27,897 nucleotides of DNA from IMG/VR virus record IMGVR_UViG_3300030095_005808, positions 1-27,897 of that record. The stretch is one strand, 5' to 3'. Source of the DNA: a virus (taxonomy: Duplodnaviria > Caudoviricetes). Position 1 is the first letter of the stretch, and each line of letters opens with the position of its first letter. The notes beneath the pieces were generated by a model that ran no database searches, was not told the DNA's origin, and saw nothing but the letters and a program-made list of their open reading frames with translations. The translations under genes and the position numbers were made by a program. Positions 9,275-21,200 of this stretch are shown here, piece after piece.

Positions 9275-12200
9275 ATGCTACTTTTATAAAACTTCTTCTC
9301 TGAAGAGTTGGGAATGATGATAACCCTGAATTGATAGTAAATCCAGTTACTCCGATGCTAATAGGAGATGAATTTCTTATTCCCGTCACAATTCCAACAG
9401 AAAATCTTCCGATCGGATCTGTAGTGTATCCAACAGATTCTGGAATATTATTAATATCAGTTCCAGAATCTATTTGACAAGTTATAATTCCAGTAAATGG
9501 GCTAACAACACCACTCTGACTAAATTCGCTTATAACATATATGTTGTTCAAACAAGTAGTCCCAATTCCAACAATATTAGAATCTCCACCATCAACTGAA
9601 GTAACACCAATTCCAATCTCAGTATCGAAGATGTATATGGGATTACCTGGAACAAAAATAGACATATCGAACGATTCAGTACTAATTCCTGTAAATTTAA
9701 TTGCCAATTGAGATCCAGAAACTGTTGTTCCTATACCAGTAATTATCCCAGAATTGCCACTAACTGTAGAAATACCTGTTATAATTTCTTGATTAAAACT
9801 TGGTAATGTTAGTATAACATTTGGTGGTTCTGTTTGGGTATATCCAGAACCTGGATTTGTAATTGATGTGCCATTAATTGTACCAGAAGATGAAACTGTA
9901 ACTGTTGCTGTGGCAGTTGTTCCGTAACTAACTATGAAGGGGTCATTGTCTGTTCCTGCACCGGTAATATTATTAAAAGGATTTCCAATTTTTAAAACCG
10001 GAGCAGTTGCATTTGGATCATAACCACTTCCACCATCTTCAATAGTTAAACTTGTTATTGTACCAGTAGAAGATACCGTTGCTGTTATTGCTGCTGCAAC
10101 AGGATCATCCTTCCCAGAAATAATAATGGCACTAATAGATAAATCATTACCACCATTATCACTTTCATTTTCATAATCAAAAAATCCAGAAGCATTATCA
10201 ATAAAAATTTTATTGTCTGTTGTATCAACATCTGAAATAATTTTTGCCGTTGGAAAAATTCTAGATTCTAATGATTCTCTAGTTTTACTAATAACAGTAC
10301 CATCAATGACTCTATCATATTTTTGTTTGAATACTGATATTGGTTTAAAATCTTCAGTAATTCCAATTTCAGTGTAAGGATTTGTTCTTATTCTGTCTGA
10401 TAGAGTAAATCTGGATACAGATCTGTTTTCTTGCCCCACCAATTGAACTTCATCACCAAGTTCTATTGGTTTTTCATCTGCATCTGCCTTTACAGAATCT
10501 TCACCATCAGTTCCTTTATAAAAGAAAATATGAATATCATCATCTGGTTCTGGAGCTACTGCGAATTTAATTGATGTACCTCCTATAAATTCATAAGATT
10601 CTCCAGGTTGTTGAATAACTCTATTAACAAAAATTAAAAGAATTGGATTCAAATCAACCTCAAAATTATCATTACTCTCTATACTGATTGTTTCATTGTT
10701 ATACTTTAAGGGAAATCTGGTTCTAACTCCATTTTGTAAAGATTGTATTGAATCAATATAATCAAGTTCTCCGAACTGCCACAATGCAAAATTATCGTTA
10801 AATGTGTCCACTACTTCAAGTTCAAATCTTGATATGAGGGTTTTTAATTTTCTGGATGTAACTAATCCAACTGGTTCAACTTTATCTCCTGGTAAGAAAG
10901 AATAACCATATCTGTTAATATTAAATTCAGAAATTTCAAAAAGTTCTGATCCAATTCCACTAAAATCATTACTCGGACCAACTTTTACATCTAAAAGTAA
11001 TCCGGTGCCAATTCCTGCTCCTGTAATAGTTCCATTTCTTCTAGAAATAGTATTAACTCTAAGATTTTCATATGATGGTTCTGATACAAATATTTCGGGA
11101 GGGGAACATTTTGTATATCCAGAACCTCCATTTTCAATAGTAAATTGAAGTCTTCCTCCAGAATGTGCTGGAGCTGTTCCTACATAAGCAGTAAAGGTAT
11201 GGTCATCAACATATGTAATCGCAGTCGATACACCAGAAATAGGATCAGAACTTCTAGGATATTTGTGCTGAGTAGAATAATTATCTTGAGCACAAGTAAA
11301 TGTTAGAGATTCATCCGCAATGGATATAAGAGTTCCATCACTAAATCCATGGTTTGTACGGGTAACTGATAAAATACCTGTTTGTGGATTATATATGGTT
11401 CCAAGATCTGCTGTGACAGAAAATAATGGGTCTGATCCCACACTACTAATTCCTCCAGTCGTAGCAGTTATAAATTCATATGTGTTAAATCCAACAGGAG
11501 ATGCTGTAATAGTTGCTATATTACCGCTATGTCCGGATTTATATACTGTAACTGATATCCCTACAATGTCATTGTATCCAGAACCAAAATTAAGATCTCC
11601 ATAGTATGGTGTGGCAGTTCCTGGTCCACCAACATAGTAATGAATTAATGTGCTAATTCCGGCATTAACTTCAAAAGTGGTTGAATTTATAATTCTTACT
11701 ACAGAATATTCTCTTTCTCCGCCTGTAGGATAGGTTACAATTCCGGGTCCAGAATTGCAAGTGAATTCTAATCCAACTAATCTAACTTCATCATTATTCT
11801 GATTTAAAACTAAATTATGATCAGTAGTAGTCGTTACTGATAAAATTCCTGTTACATTATTATATAATGCTGTAGATATTGAAACCGCACACCCTGTGGT
11901 TGCAATACCTACTACACCAGTAATAGATCCTGCATCAGACACTATAGGACGTATATTTGCGCCAACGAGAGGTGCATAACCCAATCCAATGGATGATCCT
12001 ATGGTAACTGGAACTCCTCCTCTGGGAAGCTGATTTACATTAACGTCCACTTCATCAATATAATCAGTTGAAGCAGCACCCACATACATACCGGTAAATT
12101 TAACTGTTGTTATTCCGGCAGTTTCATCTTCTATAATTTGATAGTTTTGATTTGGATTATTATCAGTTTCTGGTGTTTGGAATATTCCATTTATGAATAA

Positions 12201-15200
12201 TAATCCATTACCACCACTAGTGCCAATACCAGTTGTATTAGCTCCACCAACAGTTAATATAAATTCCGATGTTATTCCTGTAAATTGATTCGATATATCA
12301 TCGTAAATAAAATTAGATTGATAATTATTTCTTAAATATGCTCTTCCTGTAAATGTAGATCTTGAAAATGGTATTCCATTTTCATCTTCACCTTGAGGAT
12401 TTCCTCTAGGTGCTTCAATGAAATTGACTTTACTATCAAGAATATTGTAGTTTCCTTTAAAGAATTTAACAGTGCTTCCTTCAGAATGATTTGTTGAAGA
12501 ACTTCCAACAGATCCTCTCTTTACACTTACTAGATTAAATGTTCCTATTCCGGGAGTGATAGGACCTAAAGATGATGTTCCGATACCAACATTGTCAACT
12601 CTCATAAATTCATCATCAATTTTTAAAATGTTTAATACTGTCACCGAGGAAATACCACTCAATGAAAATATTGATTGAGTTGTCCCTATACCAACACTAC
12701 CATTATTTTGTAATGTATGAGTTAATCTAGTATCCGTCAAAGGATATTGAACAATTCCATCTATAGAAATCAATGCTTTTTCATTTGATTTCAACATTTC
12801 AAGTGTATGAAAATTACCTTCACCAAATGATGTTATAGTTACTCCCAATCCAAGATTTGCCTTTGATTTTGTTGTAGCAATACCAAAATTATCGTCATCA
12901 ATTCTAATTGCAAATACATTTGAAGTTAAAATTCCAGTATTTGTTCCATCATCATATGTCATTGGTGTAGATCCTACACCAACAAATGTTGATTTTGGAG
13001 TATACTTTAATTCTTCTCCAGTTCTAAAATAATGATCTACTATGTTAAATGTAGTATAAGCAATACCAGATGAACTTGGTACGATTACTGAAGATGGATT
13101 GAATGATTTTTTAAATATATCTATATTATTGTGCTTAAGATCAAATTGAGTTTTATTTATTCGGTTTCCATTAATAGCATTATATAATTTTAAATTAACA
13201 GTTTCATTGATATTACCATAACTTAAATTTGTAGGTTCATTATTTAAATCTATCTCTTTATAAAAAACTTGATTAAATGCCTTCAATGTTGCTATGCCAA
13301 CGGTGTCTTCTGGGTGAAAATTGATAGTAAAATCACTGGATGTATATACTGCACCAAAAGTTCCCATTCCTACCGAGTATTCATTTTCCGAATCGGGGGT
13401 ATTTGATAAGAATTGTGATTGTTGTAGATATGCATTGTCTCCATCATGAATTGCTGTTATCTGATGTAAAACTGTTGATGAACCAATACTTACTTCTACA
13501 TTACATTTAATGGCATCATAAAGTGTTGAACTTCCTGTAAACACCGTAGTTGTTCCTACACCAACTCTATATACTGCTTCATACCTTGCACTTCTTTCAT
13601 CGCCTGGGGATTGTATAGGTGCCAAATATCTATATCCACCATTTCCCAAAGAAGTTGTACCAAACCCAACTATTTTAGAATTCACTGAGATGGAATCACT
13701 AGTATCATTTTCATATTTAAAGATTATATTTCCATTACTGATTGTAGCAGTAGAAATTCCAATCCTATTAGATAAACTATTTCCGGTATCAACAAAATAC
13801 TCGGAAAATTGTGCATCAGTTCCATCATGTGTTACATAAGTTTCAACATAATTAATTTGTTTCGTAGCAGTATTAGTAACTTTACTAGTAATTAATAAAG
13901 ATTTAATTTCATCTACACTTGATGAAAATATTGTTGATGCTGTTCCAGAAGATATAGATTTATTTGATGATGTTAAATTTATAAAACCAAAAGTTGTTGT
14001 CCCAATACCAGATATTGGAAAAACATCCGTCTTAATATATTTTAAATCGTAGTCAATATCATATGGATTATTTGGGACAAATCTTAAATGAGTCGAAACA
14101 TCAGTTTCTTGTATAAAATAATTACCAAATGTATCTTCAGAGAAAGTTGTATATCCAATTCCAGAATTTATAAGTTCGGATTTATTAAATAATGTTTGAT
14201 CATTGCCATTAGATAACAAAACAAATTCCGAAAGTTGAACTTGATTGCTAGTATTACCATTACTATTAATTCTTACTAGATAATTTTCGTATTGTTCAAG
14301 TGTACTGATATTGTCAATATTTAAAAATAAATCTGGATCAGATTCTAAATTTGAGAATTGTTTATTAATATTATCTATTGTTATGACATTATTTGTTTTG
14401 CAATCAATATAATCAACAAATCTAGTATTTTTAAATTCTAAAAAATTAGAAATGTCTGATAAATTATCAACATCTCTTGCAGAATCAATTCCCCTAATAA
14501 CATCAACTCTTTGCTCATCAAATACATCATTTATTATTAATGTTTTATCTGAAGAACCAATCCCTATAATAGGTGCAGTATCAGAAATTTGAGTATCGGA
14601 AAAATTCTTTAGTCCTGAAGTATGAATAAGTCTATTTACAGGTGACTTAATGTCTTTCCATGTTTGAGAACTTTTTACAGAATATGAAAGATTCTGATAA
14701 TAATCATTATCGGAAATAAATTGATGATCTAAACTTAACATTCCTGTAGAATTATCCCATCCAAAATTCTTCTCATAAGAATAATCAACTTCAAAATTTC
14801 CAGTATTTTCAGTAACTTTTACTATTGTTCCTTCTGTTAAAGAACTATTTCCTCTTATAGTTTGATTAACTAATGGAACATCTTTTCCGAAAATTACAAT
14901 TTTTCCTGATGATTTTTTGATTACTTTTAAATCCTTTTCAACTCCATTGATACTTAAATTTTCTCCAATATCAAAATCTGCAGATTTCAATACAATGGTG
15001 AAAGAAGGATAATCATTTTCATGAATTAACCTTCCATATCCATCAGTATTTGTAATGGCTATGCCAGTATTAGTAGTTAATCCAACTAAATCAAAAGTTA
15101 CCTTGAATGGATTTGCGTTATCTATACTACTTACATTTAATAGTTGATATCCATAATTTTCAGAGTTAAATCCATCACCATCAGATCCAATCTTTCTTAT

Positions 15201-18200
15201 TCCTTCAATATAAACTTTATCATTTGGTAAGAATGGTGCCGCACCAAACCCATTAACTGGTGTAATTAAACGACACGTAAATGCAGTTCCAGCATTAGAT
15301 TCAACTTGGTCTATAGTAAATCCATTATTATTGTTAATTGCTCTGATAATAGCATTATTATCAGATATTCCTTGTGGTTTTTCTAAAACATTAACTCTAG
15401 ATATGGAAGAAGTTTCAAAAACTGGTTCTAAAAAACCACTATTAATTTTAGTATTAGTTACAGAATCAATTATTATTAAATCTGGTGAAGAATAGTAATT
15501 AGATCCAGAATTATCTACAATAACAGAATCGAAAGTATTAGAATTTGATACTTCTATTAATGTAGGTAATAATGCTTGAGGCTCTAAAGTCTTATCAGTT
15601 GGATATATGTAATTATCCGTAACAATTTCTATTTCATTAATGTTTCCAATTTCATTTGAAGATGGTATAACTAAAGCATTTTTTGCTATAGTTGATGATG
15701 ATCCAACATAAGATGGAAGTTTTTTATATCCAAATCCTCCTGATATGATGTTAATGTCATCAATTTTTCCAATAGCATTTTTTGAAGTGGTGCTATAGAC
15801 TAGCGAATCACACTCAGATTGATTATATGAATTTTTTTCTGGTGAATCATTCAGGTAAATTTTAAAGGTTGTATCTCCAATACCAGACACTTTATATGAT
15901 CCATTATATAAACTATCGGTAAATAAAATTCTTGAATAATTTTTTACATCAATATCTGCTGTACTAATATATCCAGACTTTTCAATATTGTAGAATAACT
16001 CTTTAGGAATATTGTTATCACCAGAGATTGTCAATGAAGCATTGGTAGAAACTCCGATAGTTCCTATACCAGATATTGATAATGAGTCTGTTTTTCCAGT
16101 AGAAACAAATTCATTTTTAAATTCTTTATCGTAATAAATTTTAAATTCGTGTCCAGATAAAGAGGAGTCTGATAAATCAAATACGAGATTATTATTTTTT
16201 GTAACTTTAATTTCAGGATTAATTAAAGACAACGTTCCAGAACTAGAACTAGTAATATCTACAAATTTGGGAGAACTTGAAATAGCATCAATATAAGAAT
16301 GAGTTAATTTAATAATATCATCGTCAACCTTATAAACATAATAGGAGTTGGAGAACGCTCCAACTTCATATCTCACTCTGTCACCAGTTTTTAAACCATG
16401 ATTTGTAGAAGTAATTTGATCAGAATTGGCATCACTACTAAAAGATATCCGTTTTAAATATAAATGATTGGTACGAGCACTTCTTATCACAGAAACTGAT
16501 GTTGATGTTCCAATACCAACAGAAATATTTGGAACAATTTTAAGATCGATTTGATCATTATTTAAAAGTCCATGAGAAGTAGATACAGATACCGTTGCCT
16601 CTATTCTTTTAACAGTGGCTGTTACAGGAGTAAATGTTGTTTCAAATAAGTAAGTATCTTTATCTCCTCCATTACCACCGTTAATATCAACAAAATATAC
16701 TTCTGATGATCCTATACCAGTTTTAATTCCAATAACATCTTTTGATTTACTAACCGCAAATAAATTTGTCGGTAGTAAAGTTGCTGTTCCTCCAGGATCA
16801 ACAGAATATCTAATGTCTCCACCACCAGATCCTGTAGTAAGTTTAATTTTTTGATTTGTCTTAAAAGGATGATTTTCTAAGTAAATTCCTTTTGTAGGTA
16901 TCTGTCTTGTTATATTTGAATTTCCAAAAGTAAACGATGTTGTAAATCCTGTTCCTGTAGTAGATCCAATACCTACAGATTCACTAGCATTGAAATATAC
17001 TTTTTTATTTGGATTAGATTCAAAGAAAGGAAGATTTTCATCAAGAGTAAAGTTTTTTGTGTTATATTGAACTATTGAAGACTCATTATGAGAAATATCT
17101 GAATATTCTCTTTGAATTCTAAGGATATTTTTATTTTCAAATATATTCAAAACTGTCAGTGTTTCTGTTCCAATACCAATTGTAGATCCGGCAGAAACAA
17201 AATTTGGTATGGTGGAAACATAAATTTCTGTAGTTGCAGCACCAGATGAAATAGATGATATTGTTCTTGATATGGAAGTATCAACAACATTTATTCTGTG
17301 ATATTTTTCTATGGGTTTTAATGAGTCTGTAGATATTCCTGATAATGCCACATAATCATTTGATTTGAAATCATGTTCTGTATTTGTTATGACAGATACA
17401 AAATTACCATTCCAAGTTAAGGTTGAGTTTTCATAAATTTCTTCAGATGTCTCTATTGTATTGATTGTTTCTCCTTTTATTGAAGAAACTTTTGCATTTA
17501 AACCACTACCATCAGTATTGGTGTTGTCAAAATTTAGTTTGTCTCCAACTTTAAAACTACTTCCAGCAGATACAATTGAAATATTTTGAATACTTCCGGA
17601 AGAAATTGAATCTATAACTATTTCTTGTCCATCTTTTTCATCAATAAAATCATTTCTTCCATATTCTTCTGATATTTTATATGGAAAAGTATTTCTTTTT
17701 AGATTTGAATTATTAAAATCATATGATTGATCAAAATTAATTTGATAATTCTCTTTTATGATATTAGATCTAAAGGTATTTCCTATAAAATATGGAAATG
17801 TGGGTCTATTTTCAGTATTTGAATCTCCTACAGTTGCATGATAGGCATAAACACCATTTGGAAACTCTTTATTTCTCTCATATCTCCCATTATGTTTATC
17901 TAAATCACCTACTCCAGTGTATCGATAGTCTTCAACAAAAAACCCTTCTTTGAAATCAGATATTGACGGTCTATCCTTAATATAAGTCGAATTTTTTTCA
18001 TATCCAGATATCAATAATTCTGAAGTTGTAAAGGAATTTGGATCTTTTGATCCAAATGGACCATAAATTGGATTTCCATCATAAGCCCATCCAATAATTC
18101 CGGAAATTTTATCTTCTTCTTCCAATAAAAGATCTAGTGTATAACCACAAATTGAATATTTGAGATTATTTTCTTTTGTATCCAACAAAAGTCTATTAGA

Positions 18201-21200
18201 ATCAAAAATTTCATTACTTACTATCGTAAGACTTCTAACCTCTGAATCAAAAACTTGATTTTTTCCAGATGATACAACAGATATTGTTGTATCTGATGAA
18301 GAATATCCAATTCCTGCTTTTATAACCTGTACACTGTCTAAACGTTGATTAGATATTACAGCTCTAAGAACGGCACCAGACCCTTTACCTGAAGAATCAG
18401 TTATAACTAAATCTGGAGTTGAATAATATTCTTCCCCACCATTCTCTACGTTAACAGAAGTTATTCTACCATTAATGATAATTGGTTTTACCCTAGCAAA
18501 CTTTCCTGTTTTTACTGTTATTATAGGACTTTTATTATAATTAATAATTGACGATCCATAACCAGCACCTTTATTGTAAATTTGAATATCTTTAATAGAT
18601 CCCTTAACAACTGGAGTAATCGTTATTGTAGTTTGTCCTATCCCTGCGGTTATTGCATTAATGTTTGCTCGTATCTGGGGATAACTAAATTGTTGATATC
18701 CTTCTCCTGGAGAACTCCTGAATTGAACATATTTTTCTCTTTCATAATTTGTAAATATCGTTCCTCCAATACCAGCATCACATAATCTAAATCTGTCCGA
18801 ATCAACTTTCAGAATATAATAACTATTGCTAGTAAATAATTCTGTAATAGACGTATCAGTAGTTGAATATTCTACTATTTCTCCGGTGCTAAATCCATGA
18901 TTTTCTGAATAAATCCAATCATTAGAAGTTGATATTCCTGATGGTTCGACAATAAGTTTTTTATTAGTGTAATTCTTTCCGCCATTTACTACCACAATAT
19001 CTTTTAAAACATTCAAAGGTCCAACCTTCATCTTGTGGATTCCACTATTACTATCTCCAGTAAACTCAATTGTATTAATACCATTTCTATAATCATCAAA
19101 GTTTTCGTGTAATTGAATCGCAATATTATTTGACTTGTTAACAACATATGTTGACTTATTAATTAATTTTGTGGATCCATCTCTTATTGAATTAATTCCA
19201 ATACCTGAATTTAAGTTAGAATCGTAAATAATTTGCTGCCCATCAACAAATCCATGAGGTTCATCAAAGATAATTTGATTTGTTGATGTATTGATTCCTC
19301 CCCCAGAAGTAGTTGTTCTCCCATCAAACCTAACTTCTCTAAAAGTATTTGTAATTAACGGTTTTAAAACACATCCTGTTCCATTTCCACCAGTAACATC
19401 TACAGATATTAATTTATCAATATTATAATTATATGAATCAAAATCAACATAAACATCAACAACAGATCCAGAAACCACTGGATTAACAAGAGCTGTCGAT
19501 CCTATACCAGAAGAAATTTCTACTTTCGGTGGATTGATAACATCAAATCCTTCACCACCATTTAATACAGTTATTTTTTCTAGAGGTCCATAATAAACTT
19601 TATCTAAAGATTTATAATTGCTTATTTCAACACCATTTACTAATAATCCTACTCCACCAGGTTTTGTTTCTTCACTTGATCCATTTTCAATACTAGGATT
19701 AATTGGGAACTTTTTAAGTAATTTTTGAGGTCCAACTATATTTGATTTTTGAGAATCGAGTATAAAAATGTGATCATCATCCCCACTAAGTGCTTGCGAA
19801 AATGTTAGGTAATTGGATGATCCAATAAGATAATTTGAATTATATAATCTAATCTTTTCTTTACTATCACCAAAAACTTCAACATAATAATTACCAGTTT
19901 CAAGACCAACTATTGAAGCCCCTTGTGGTTGATAGAATATTTTCTCACCAGTTCTGAATACAGATGGAGTATTACTACCCATTAATTGTATTACAGAATA
20001 TTTTCCTGTATTTTCATTATAAGATGTAAGAATTCCACTAGTATTATCAGAAAGATTTATTGATACCCTTTTTGTTTTAATTGTGATGTCTTCTGTAAAT
20101 GGCAGTCCTTTACCTCTCGTCCCAGAGGGTAAAGAATTTGATGCAACATACGCATATTGATCGTCAAAATACACATTTTGAACATCAGAAATTAAATTAT
20201 TATTTCCATATTGAATACTAATATTACTATTAGATCCTACTTCTGCTTTACTTAAAACTCTCCTTAAATTATAATCAAACTTTTCATTTAAAACTTCTGC
20301 TGAATAATCACCTGATATGATTATCTCATTTTGTCCATCTATTGATTCATCGATATTGACATATGGCGGAACACCATCATTTTGTGGAAATATTACATTA
20401 TTAGTATCTCTTTCAACAACTTGTACAGCATCTCCAATTTTTAAACTTGATTTATCAACAGGTGCAAATAAATTAAAAGTTGAAGAAGATGCATTTTCAA
20501 TATAAAAAGATGAACTGGTATTGTAAATCCAAGAATTTGCTAATACCTCTTTACTTGTTTTATTTTGATCTGGATTTATGACTTTATCGCCAAGATTTTT
20601 TATAGAAATTGGATCTCCCTGTTCAACTATTACTATTCCTTCCTGAACAAATTTAGATATAACTGAAGAAAATACTAATTCAACTTTTTTAGAAGTGTCT
20701 CCATTTTCATATGCATAATAAACATCGCTAGAATAAATTAAATCTTCTTGATTTATAATATTTGAAATATTTGAACAATTTAAAAATTGATTTACTGTTT
20801 TATCAGTATAGGTTATACTATTAATTCCTGATCTAATAATACCTGAAGTACTGAATCCAATTGTAGAATCAACAGAAATTACTGTATCATTTAAATTTAC
20901 TTTTTCGGTAACTTTAGTATTCGGTACAGAAACGAATCTACCTTGAATATCAGAATCTTCATCATATCCAACAAATAATGAAACTTTAAAATATTTTTCA
21001 TTATTATATAAAAATGGAACTATCTCTGATATAGAAGCATTGATATTTGATCCTTCTTTAAGTAATACTTGCCCCTTTAAATTCTCTGCATTTCCAGATA
21101 CTATTTTTGCTACAGCAATTTCTCTTCTATTATATTCTGCAAATGAGGGTTTGACTAGTTTTTCCTCCAAGTTTATAATTGAAGGAATTTCACCAAATAA

